DNA of 64,000 nucleotides from Nitrospirales bacterium (GTDB lineage Bacteria; Nitrospirota; Nitrospiria; Nitrospirales; UBA8639): NCBI GenBank assembly GCA_965203295.1, contig CBDBCZ010000017.1, positions 704,001 to 768,000 of the forward strand, read 5' to 3'. Shown piece by piece: positions 38,201 to 60,496 of this stretch (position 1 is its first letter; each line of letters starts with the position of its first letter). The notes under the pieces were generated by a model. It saw only the letters and a program-made list of their open reading frames with translations, ran no database searches and was not told where the DNA came from. The position numbers and the translations under genes were made by a program.

Positions 38201-38517
38201 ACCAGCAAGATCCGTTTTCAATCTACGAGAACTACGACATTGGAGATCTCGGCAGTGATGACTCCACGGACGAGGAAGACTGTCCCAAGAAAACCATCCC
38301 CCCGTGGGCCCACCCGAGCGAGCTGAACGGATGGATGCACAGCCAGGAGAAGAAGGTCGACAGCAGAGCTATCAGCATCCGCAAGATATTCCCGCCCAGC
38401 GAGCTGCTCTTGGCCCCGGACCTGGCGAGAATTTTCAAGCTCAAGCGCAAGCGGTTCTACCAGCGCTCTAGCTCGGCCCGATGGGACTCTCCCCTGATGA
38501 AGAACCGTGCTGTTTAG
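26231..38517 (+). CDS. INCENP: Inner centromere protein INCENP (~1303 aa, 13 exons)
   Basis: C-terminal IN-box YDIGDLGSDDSTDEEDCPKKTIPPWA...PDLARIFKLKRKRFYQRSSSARWDSP, an E/R/K-rich SAH region and R-x-T-R-rich disordered region. Exons 26231-26499, 26631-28385, 29100-29271, 29736-29811, 30273-30353, 30748-30828, 31239-31318, 32108-32203, 33546-33655, 34134-34308, 35863-35988, 37124-37243, 37747-38517 (3912 nt, phases compatible). An alternative in-frame ATG is at 26222. Confidence 0.9.
29392..29525 (+). mobile_element. Second tRNA-Thr-like SINE/pseudo-tRNA plus a partial tandem copy
   Basis: ggctccagtagctcagtggtaagagcatctgactagtattcagaaggttctgggttcaatccccagctgggtcc, with a 3'-half repeat at ~29486-29525. 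Confidence 0.7.
32403..32460. mobile_element. Abundant short palindromic MITE family (tagcctcgt(t/a)cccaggc...gcctggg(a/t)acgaggcta), representative copy
   Basis: Many full or half copies, e.g. 13720-13778, 28877-28942, 34332-34444, 37262-37344, 37416-37705, 41473-41779 and 51557-51611. Confidence 0.8.
35225..35866 (+). repeat. 72-bp tandem repeat x9 duplicating the INCENP exon-11 splice acceptor
   Basis: Unit ends ...cacaacgctccacctccAG|gagc. The last copy is the functional acceptor at 35862, and one unit is shortened. Confidence 0.95.
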
Positions 38518-38949
38518 TGTTATTGTGCGTTGTATTTGCAGAATTACATGGATTTCATGTTTCATACAAGGTTGTTTGTCGCTGTAATTTTAGATTTAAG
38601 ACGTCCTTTGCATGCCCTGTATGTCACCAGACATTTCTTTTGCATTGCTTATAATATTATTATTGGTACATGCATGAATTTGACCATGCAATTCAATAAT
38701 GCTGTATGTACGTACATGTAATAGATATTACACGGAAGTGAGTGCCATATACCAGATATTGGTACTGTATGACATCAGAGCACAAGGGCCATTAGGCCCG
38801 AGTGCTCTGATGTCATACTGTTATAATTGTAGCTAGTTATGTAATAAATTTACTCTTTCACACCAGGTCAGCAAATTGTTATAATTTGAAAACCTCAGGA
38901 AAATAATTAGGAAATTCAGAAAACCTATGAGAATTCAGAAAAGTTATCT

Positions 38950-42410
<3,461 letters not shown>

Positions 42411-42621
42411 CGTCTCGAATAATGACTCTATAGCTGCACAATCTACAGTAGTCTCGCTAATCTACAGTTAATATAATTCCGCAGATTAATTAATATGCGG
42501 TACCGCTATTATGCAGCTAGCGCTACTGGTTTTATTATTACGTCACTTTTCACCCCGCCCCCGGCCCCCACGTGGTCAAGACTGTCCGATCGATCGGCCG
42601 AGACCCCGAGACTCCACAGCC

Positions 42622-52016
<9,395 letters not shown>

Positions 52017-52384
52017 CAGAGCTCCTAGATTCAGTCAGGTATCAGTAATTTGTACAGTTTCTGTGAAATCAATTTTTGTGATTCCTCTGTGAGTGCAGTA
52101 TAGCCAAGCTGTAGAAGACCAGTGTTCGTTCGCAAACTTTGGGCTGCTCCAGGGTGCTCGAAAATTGCTCAATCCGGCTTTTCTGTTGAGAATCAGGCCG
52201 TGCTCTGTTAGTGCAGACTTCTATCAGCCAATCAAGACAAGCATGCACCATTTAATCATGGTGTTTAGGTATAGTTTGTTAGTATGGAAAATAGTAGCAC
52301 TGTTACTATAATGCACGCAATAATTAAAAGGGAACTATCAATGTTTGTTGTTGCAGTTGAATGTACTGAGTTATTCGAAATGTG

Positions 52385-53200
52385 GAAACACATTAGCGAG
52401 GCATTAATTTACACATAGCTATAGTGTTTTCCGCACACTTGATGAACTCCCTCCAAATACTCCTACATGTACTATCTTGACTCTTGGCTACATAGTGGTT
52501 GGACCTTGTTGCTGATTGAACACATTAGCGAGGCATTAATTTACTAATTGCTAATGTATTTTCCGCATTCTTGATGAACTCCCTCCAGACAGTCTTGGCC
52601 CTTGGCTGCATACCGGTAGTCGTTACACCTTGTTGCTGATTTAACACATTTGCAATACTATAATGAGCTACAAACACATTACATGCATGGATACTGATTA
52701 GATTGTTTTCTGCCTTTTGTAGTCCGAGAATGTGAAAACATATTACCACTTCAGACACATCACATGTACAGCTGTTTTTACATTCTTGAACTCCCTCTGC
52801 AACTCAGACAGCAAACCTCTTGTCACTGTTGAATTTTTTTTAAAAGTGAATTGCTAATGTATTTTCCGCATTCTTGATGAACTCCCTCCAGACACTCTTA
52901 GCTAGCTCTAGTTTGGCTATACATATGCATACCAGTAGTGGTTAAATACCTTGTTGCTGATTGAACATATTAGCAATGCATTAATTTACACATAGCTAGT
53001 GTATTTTCTGCACTCTTGATGAACTCCCTCCAGACACTCCTACTGTCTTGACTCTTGGCTACATAGTGGTTATAACTTAATTGTTGATTGCTGATGGAAC
53101 ACATTAGCAATACATTAATTTACTAATTGCTAGTGTATTTTCCGCATTCTTGATGAACTCCCTCCAGACAGTCTTGGCCCTTGGCTACATAATGGTTATA
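52385..53200. repeat. Degenerate dispersed/tandem repeat cluster (ttcttgatgaactccctccagaca)
   Basis: Several ~130-bp related units. 52781-52824 is the reverse complement of ~36355-36400 in an INCENP intron. Confidence 0.7.
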
Positions 53201-53977
53201 GCTTGTTTTTGTGAGGGACTCAACACACATGCATGATCAACGCCCTCCAGATGATCATGCCCACCAACCGGTGGCAAATTAAGTTGGTAGGAGTTACGCT
53301 TCAGACCGTAAAGGGTATTTCAACTATGCCAGTAGACACCACACATGCAATTAATGTCTGGTAACAAAGCAGTAGTACTCGCAACATCGTAACGCAAAGT
53401 CTATAGGTTGTGGCCATTGGTTGACCGCGTGTCTCTTTCCCAGCCAAGTTTTAATACATTCATAATGCTAATGTGAATTTATATTGGCCTTTTATACTAG
53501 GCGTTAATATAAAGTATACGTTTTTTCAATTTTATATAATGTGCCCATGGCGTTCAAAGAGGTAATTAACATACTCAACTGTATAGATATAGATGGAGCA
53601 TATAAATTTCGAAGTGGACACATGTAGATTGGTTCGGCATGAAGTTAATTGGTTAGGATTAGGGTTAGGGCTAGCTAGGCTTATAAATTGTTTAGGGTCA
53701 GAGGGCCCGCTCGATGCTATTGTCTACAAACGTGTGCTCATCCTGCCAAATTATTATGAAGAAGGTAGTTTTCTTTCTACATGCAGGGAACTTTATACCG
53801 CATGATGATACGTATAGCTGTGCGTCTGATCGCGGAAATACAGTATACATTTCAACGTAATTATTATATATTTGCAGGCAATTACAATTAATTTTGCAAC
53901 TCAACATTTGCTATGAGATAATTAACATGATACAGTAAAGTTTAGCTAGCTATACACATAATGTCACAGTCGTGTAC

Positions 53978-55114
53978 TCATTCAGCAGTTATACTGCGCT
54001 GCAGATGCTGTGGTTTGTTTTCTGGCACGTCTTCTGTTTTAGTTATCTTCAATGCTCCACCACAGTACAGTGCATCGTGGGCGATTTCTCCTTTCTTAAA
54101 GCCCAGCGTATAGCGCCAGAAGTACACAGATTCTCCTGGCTCAACGGTAACGGTATCCTTTCTCTCTTCTGTATGCTCCTCACTCCAATCTTCTTTGGTG
54201 GTATCGACCAATTGGCCGCCATATGAGGCTTCGAACGAAAATTGTTGCTTCAATGTGGCTTCAGTTAGCTTCCATAACTCAATTCCCCCTTTGATTTCAG
54301 TTGAGGCACTAGCTTTTACATTCCAGTTGTGCTGGACAGAGTGAAATATTTCTTCCTTCCTTCCAATTTTCGTCGAGACAGTTATTACCCGAGTTATTGT
54401 TGCATTTGAAGTATTTTCGATTGGTTGACGGGCCGGTTCCCAAACGCCAAACGCTGTACCCATCGTGATTGCCACGCCACCTGGTACGAAATTCAATACG
54501 GAATTGTGAAAACTTTCGTCGCGAGCGTGTGCATCAGTACGCAGGTCTGTGGTGTGGTGTATTTGCACCCCAAATGTATCGTCTTGCTTCACGAGATGGT
54601 ACCATATGCGATTCTCAGCGTCTGCGCTTGCCCAGTAATACAGTCCTTCTGCGCAGTTGTCGTGAAGACGGAAGGATTTTTCGCCTTTAGCGGTCTTCAG
54701 ATCGGATACGACTGTGCACTTCCAATTCTTTGCAAATATTATTAAGAAGGTTGGTCCGGGCGCGGCCAGGTAGAAATCTCCCTTCTGACATTTCTCGTGG
54801 AGTGTACCCGTAACGGCGCCTGTGTCCTCGCTCAAATCCACCACTCGACGAAACTTGTCGCCTTTGATGACAAAGAAATACTTCACCCCACCCGCATGGG
54901 ACAGCTTTGCCGGGTTGTAAAGGTACGCCATGTAGTGATCTCCATCGGAACAGCTCGTGTGCAAAGGGCGTATAGTGTTTTCTCTCCCTTCATGGAAGTC
55001 CTTCGTCGTTGACCTCATGTAGCAGCGGAGATCTGAGCGAACGATGTACGACCAGTAAGCACCACAGAAATCGGTACCTTTTGCCTTTCCGTGTGGGACG
55101 ATTTGTGTCGTCAT
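53978..55114 (-). CDS. Intronless 378-aa protein: four internal repeats (hemopexin-like propeller) plus C-terminal aerolysin-type beta-pore-forming-like domain
   Basis: The first ATG is at 55114 (MTTQIVPHG). Repeat junctions read LHTSCSDGDHYMA, LHEKCQKGDFYLA and LHDNCAEGLYYWA, with YFFVIKGDKFRRV. The C-terminus IENTSNATITRVITVSTKIG...WNVKASASTEIKGG...FSFEASYGG...TVTVEPGESVYFWRY is S/T-rich with alternating polarity. There is no signal peptide. The fold call is inference. Confidence 0.75.
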   Translation of the reverse strand: MTTQIVPHGKAKGTDFCGAYWSYIVRSDLRCYMRSTTKDFHEGRENTIRPLHTSCSDGDHYMAYLYNPAKLSHAGGVKYFFVIKGDKFRRVVDLSEDTGAVTGTLHEKCQKGDFYLAAPGPTFLIIFAKNWKCTVVSDLKTAKGEKSFRLHDNCAEGLYYWASADAENRIWYHLVKQDDTFGVQIHHTTDLRTDAHARDESFHNSVLNFVPGGVAITMGTAFGVWEPARQPIENTSNATITRVITVSTKIGRKEEIFHSVQHNWNVKASASTEIKGGIELWKLTEATLKQQFSFEASYGGQLVDTTKEDWSEEHTEERKDTVTVEPGESVYFWRYTLGFKKGEIAHDALYCGGALKITKTEDVPENKPQHLQRSITAE

Positions 55115-55538
55115 GATGTCTGTTGCGCACGTAGCCAAGCAAAGATTGTATAACCAGTGAGTGCGACTATAGATATTATAGCCTAACTGCAGGATGTTCA
55201 AAAAGCCTTTGGTTATATTTTGTAAACCGTAAGTGGGCGTAGCGCACGTGCACGTGCACGTGCACTATAGTCGATCGACACATTAACTACATTCTGCTGA
55301 AGGAGAAATCGGTAACTGGAATGAAGTAATAATTACGTAACATCCACAAGTGTAGATATACCAAAGCGGTGGTCGATGAATATTATATGCATAGACGATT
55401 TGCACTTTAAAACTAGTCCTGAACCAAGTACAAGTTGTGGACACTGCGCGCATTTGTAAGGTCTTAGTATTTCACGTTTTAATATCAATCAATCAATCAA
55501 TCAAATTTTAATATCACCAGTCAGCATAGTCAAGCAGG

Positions 55539-56216
55539 ATGGGAAACGGAGGATTCGGCGTGTTAAACAACTCGTCTCTACAAGAAATCAATGTTGGCTT
55601 ATCAATGGCCGCCATGCACTACTTTGAAAACAGCGTTAAATACGGAGAGATTTTCTACAGGAGGCCAGGGGCAGTCTGGTACACGGTTATCGCTTTTGCT
55701 CGACAGCCAGATGGAAGCAACGATATAACGAAAGGCCAATGTGCGAAAGAAGTGACACTTGCTGTTCTGGTCGGGGCGGGTGCCGCTGTTGCAGCTAATC
55801 CGGTGTTGTTGGTGGGCGCTTTGGCACCACTTGCGGCTGGGGGTATCTTGGGGGCTGGATTAAACGCTAAAATAACCAAGCGGAGGCCGCCTGAAGACTC
55901 AGAATCAGATATCGGTCCCTACGAAAGTGCTGAAAAATATCAGGAAGATTTACGCAAGGCTTTTGAGGGAAGCAAGCTGAAGTTTGAAAAGAAGGGATGC
56001 TATGGAGGTGGAAAAGGATCTTGGCTGATCGTTGAGGGCGGGCCGTTTATCAACAGCGAAGGTTATTGGAAGCCCCGGGACCTGACGATCCGGGAGACTG
56101 ACCAGAAAGAAGTATTTGAGAAAGGCAATTTCACCGAATATTCGCACCGTCAATACCATAAAGAGGGGGTCCTCCAGTGTACGCCAGGATGCCCGCACTG
56201 CAAGAAAGAAGATTAG
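55539..56216 (+). CDS. Intronless 225-aa uncharacterised protein with central Gly/Ala-rich hydrophobic hairpin
   Basis: Clean ATG-to-TAG ORF with protein-like composition, the 37-residue uncharged stretch VTLAVLVGAGAAVAANPVLLVGALAPLAAGGILGAGL and C-terminal CTPGCPHC. Confidence 0.75.
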   Translation: MGNGGFGVLNNSSLQEINVGLSMAAMHYFENSVKYGEIFYRRPGAVWYTVIAFARQPDGSNDITKGQCAKEVTLAVLVGAGAAVAANPVLLVGALAPLAAGGILGAGLNAKITKRRPPEDSESDIGPYESAEKYQEDLRKAFEGSKLKFEKKGCYGGGKGSWLIVEGGPFINSEGYWKPRDLTIRETDQKEVFEKGNFTEYSHRQYHKEGVLQCTPGCPHCKKED

Positions 56217-56369
56217 GCCTTGACAAATTATTATGCCAGCATATTTTTAAGTACTCAAAAGCATTAGAGAGTTATACTTCAGACCTATGAACTTTATTGT
56301 GTTGTACAAACTGCTGTAGTTGCATTGATCATTGCAAATCGATGTTATTGCAGTGTGTTTCATTTCTTA

Positions 56370-57445
56370 CGTATACCACGTGGTGCATAGTATGGTGAAT
56401 ATAAGGCATCCCCGAAAATGGATGGCATTGCCCATTTTCACGCAAATACAATGTATGCACACCGGGATGCCCACATTCCACAAGGTGCTTATGGGCATCC
56501 TGTTATGGATTCCTAAATATGGGCATCGTGGCACCAGTGGCTGTTGTAGTTCGTACGACGAAAGTGTGGAGGATATTAGTGATGAAATGGAAGGATCTTT
56601 GCGGGAGATCTCTGAGTCTGACTCGGCACAAGTTTCTTCGCAATTGTGTGTTCTCAATTCTTTCTTAGTTTGCACCCATGTGCAAGATTCCAGGGTAACC
56701 CTTCAGTCCCTCCTGTAAGTACAAAGCATTGTAAAGGTGGAACATCAAATGACCCAAAGCATATTAAGCCACTTGATTGTGTGAGACTATTCCTTGGCAA
56801 TCATTTAGTTGTATCTGGTGTAAAGCTTTTTTGTTCATCTTGCCAAAAAGTTTCCGCTAAAAACAAGCTTTTTTTGTTCATCTTGCCAAGAAGTTTCCGC
56901 TAAAGAAAAAGCTTTACATATGAAGTCAGCCAAGGGAAAAGAAAGAATATTTTGAAACAGAAAAAAGAACAAAGTACATGTATCACTGAAGCCTTCGAGC
57001 TGGCTCGATGCGCTCCTGGGGGAACCCTACCTGACTCCACCTGTGTTTTTCAGGTGAAAGCAGGCATTTTGTTAAGCAAAATTGACAAGTTACGCGACGT
57101 GTTTGAAGAGAGTGGATATTCTTTGTGTAGCAGCACTCACCTTCGTCAATTGATACCATTTTTCCTTCTTGAAGAAAAACCAAGCAAGAGATTTCTGGCA
57201 GACCTGTATAAATCATATTTGATGTCACTAATGTTGCAGAGGCTTTTGTGCTCGTTCTACGGTTTGTTGAAAATTGGATTGTTAAACAACGGGTTGGTAG
57301 GCTTAATGCTTATAGCAAAGAGTGTAACAGGAGGGGAGGTTACCCGCCTACTTGTTGAAGATTTGTCTACAGAGCTTGGAATATCTTCTCACTTCATTAT
57401 AACAGCAATGCATGCCAGACTGTTCGTAAACCTTGAGCCTTGAGG
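56370..57445 (+). pseudogene. Decayed DNA-transposase-like remnant
   Basis: Frameshifted fragments KLFCSSCQKVSAK, KAGILLSKIDKLRDVFEESGYSLCSSTHLRQLIPF and LMLIAKSVTGGEVTRLLVEDLSTELGISS resemble hAT-related transposase relics of non-bilaterians (from recall). The left part has ggcatccc/ggatgccc subterminal-type repeats. Confidence 0.55.
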
Positions 57446-58533
57446 ATAGTAGCTACTAGTATCTCAAATAAAAATGAACATGATGCCGTTGGTCTGGCAT
57501 GAAGTGCATTTCTTGTATTGGCATTGTACACTCTAGCGCACTAGGTGGTGAGTAATCAACCTTTTTTGTGAATCCTTCTTGATGCAGTACACATGCTATG
57601 GATGCCTCCCTAGTCAAGTTTAAGGTGAGGATGCATGCATGATGCTGTCATGTCAGGTATAGGGCAGCTGGCTGTTTTGTTTACATGGAAATATGCACGT
57701 TTTGTGTTTCCGTATTTAAGTTACACGAAAGCACAAAAACGTAAATGTTTTTATGCATTTTCTTCATTTAGTGCCACCTTTTACCCCCATTACATCATAC
57801 TGGTAAAGGGTCTGTATATTAGGTTGCTCAACATGTAGGGCTAAACCTCATTACACTATTATATTATGTTAAACGCACCAATACAGGCGCAGAGTTGAAA
57901 AGAATACAGTAAGCAATTAATACACAAATTAGTCGAAATAGTGTTAATTAATCATGACGCTGATATCAGGGTCCGTGCAAGCTCTATGTGTGCTCTGCAG
58001 GGCTCAGCCTCATTGGCACACTATGATTCTTTGCTGAACCTCAGTGGGTTGCATGTACGCATCTCAGGGCTGAACCTCAGTAGGGTGAATTACAGACCAT
58101 TCACCCTACTGAGGTTTACATTGCACATTATTCAGAGCTGAGCCTCAGTAGGTTGCATGGTACGCCAGTCAGAGCAGTACACACTATTCAGGGCACCTTA
58201 GTAGGTGCGTTGCACGCTATTCAGGGCTGAACCTCATGAAGTAGATTGCATTGCACACATTCAGAACCAATGCTCCGTAGGATATATTGCTGGAACAAAC
58301 TTCTCTAGGTTGCATTGCACACTATTCAGGGCTGAACTTCAGTAGGTTCCATTGCACACTATCAGTCCTAACCTCACATACTATTCAAAGCTGGACATCA
58401 GTAGCTACATAGACACTATATCTGTGCCTCAGTGGCTAAGCCTGCACGGCACACATTAGTCGGGAAACCTCACTAGTTTTAATTTGCTGATTGTGCCCCC
58501 ATTTTATTGCTCTAGAAAACTGATTTGTATAAT

Positions 58534-60496
58534 TAATAGCATGGCTTCGAGTGCAATTAGGGATTAATAGCACGAGTGAGTGGCATCATAGATAATATAA
58601 ACCGTAGGTGGATACGAAACGCTTCCGCTTACTACGTTTTCACGTGAAGCATTCATTGCAGCGGATGTAACGGACGTAATTTACGATATTCCGTTTATCT
58701 TTCTCGAGCTGCGTGCAGTGTGCATGAGTTTAGTCTGGGCCCGCTAGTAGCGTGAGTTATGGATCAAGAACTGCGAGCAGATGGTTGCGAGGAAAGAGTT
58801 TGTTCCTCTTCTAGTGGAGAGAGCGTTCTAGACGGAGATTTGGGTTTGGTCACTGTAGAAGTTGACGGTGAAGAAGAGCAGGTCCTGGTGCCACAAAGCG
58901 CCTCAACATGCCCGAGCGTGAGCATTGTGAGTGAAAAGTACCATTGTAGTACCTCTATTATGACTATGGTGCTACTAGCAAGCATATACTGCCTGTATAG
59001 CAGCGTCGCTAGTGTCTGTGCTCTATTTAATGCCCTGCAGGTCACAAATTCTAGTGCATCAGTTGATGAAGCTGCTTTGGGAGGCACAGGTGGTTGCACT
59101 ACACTGTTTCTTTCATGTGTGTCAGCACTGCAGAAAGAGCCGATCATCCAGCGCTCACCAAGGGGGAAGAAGGTACATGAACTTCTCCGCTATGTTGAAG
59201 AGAAGCGTGAAGAAGTATGATGAAGGCACCAACATTTGTTTGTCCATCACTGAGGAAGTCCTGACAACAAACTCAGTTTTGTGTTGTTGGGAAACGATTG
59301 CCCATAGCATCCCTCTTTCATACGAAGAGTACAGCATTGAACTATTGAAGGCTGTCGTCAATCTGTGGATAACTGTACGTGCCCATGCATTTGCCAAAGG
59401 ATGGACTATGAAATTTGAGAAGAAATACAAGAAAGGCACAAGAAAGTCACTGCAACCACAAAGAGTAGAGGATTGATGATATTATACTGTGATGCGTACA
59501 AAATAAAAAATATTGTTTGAGAGTTTAATACGATGCACACTGCTGCCGGTGTCGTTCTTCATTCTTCCTACGATCAAAACTCAAACGTAATCCCTTCTTT
59601 CGGCGCTTGTGATGCCCTCTTCCAACTGGCTTCACATCCATCTGCAAACAGAACAAAACCCTTATGCTATATGCATTCTGAGGGGGGATTTTTGTTTCAT
59701 TCCAGTGGACTTGTTATTGTTGCAAACACTGGATATGCACACAAAAACATGAACTGAGTTTCCGATTCTACTGCATGATCAAGCCTCATTTAATAGCCTA
59801 CAGGCCAAGCTAGAAGAAAGTCTCTATTTTCTCCCAGTAGATGACCTAGTTGGACATTGATCTCAAACAAGGTTTGGGTTCTGAGTCTAACAACCCTGGA
59901 GATAATCTCACACAAAGGAGAACACTGAGGTTCCGATTTTACAGCATGATGAGCCTCATTTAGAAAACTACAGACCAAGCCTGAGCAAAGTCTCTATTTT
60001 CTCCCAGTAGATGACCTAGATAGGCATTGGTCTGTAGCAGGTTTTTAGCTCAGAACCAAACTGCTCTGGAGATAATCTCACACAAAAGTTCCAAAGCTCT
60101 GCCTTCCATTGACTCCAGTGTGACACCTTCCCAGTTCACCGACTACTACTAGAAATGAGGCCTTCTTTTGTCTGCAGAGCCACTTACCTATGAACTGTCT
60201 GATGTAGCTGTCAGGATACTGGGCCCGTGCTGCTGTTTCGTTGCTCAATCGCTGAGGTAGACGCTGGAACTTGCACACCGTGGCTGGTCACGCGTACCGC
60301 TGCAATGACTGCTTCAATAAATCTCCGTATACTATCCGCGGACGCATACCGTTTCGCATCCACCTACGGTTTATATTATCTATGGTGGCATTAACTAGGT
60401 TTTAAATTGCACGAGGCGAAGCCGAGTGCTATTTGCCTAGTTGATGCCACTCACAAGTGCTATTAATTCCTATTTGCACGAGAAACCATGCTATTA
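58534..60496. mobile_element. Palindromic host element split by the P-like insertion
   Basis: Left part taatagcatggcttcgagtgcaattagggattaatagcacgagtgagtggcat. Right part ...cacgaggcgaagccgagtg...atgccactcacaagtgctattaattcctatttgcacgagaaaccatgctatta. Rejoined, they form one ~165-bp palindrome. Confidence 0.75.
58587..60384. mobile_element. Non-autonomous P-element-like DNA transposon, ~35-bp TIR, 7-bp TSD
   Basis: GTGGCAT|catagataatataaaccgtaggtggatacgaaacg ... cgtttcgcatccacctacggtttatattatctatg|GTGGCAT. An internal broken ORF ends ELLKAVVNLWITVRAHAFAKGWTMKFEKKYKKGTRKSL (to 59476). Confidence 0.8.

Noticed and set aside
55115..55201. N-terminal extension of the 407-aa ORF from a TTG start
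   Set aside because: In a eukaryotic context the first ATG at 55114 is the plausible start, and the extension lies in the divergent promoter.
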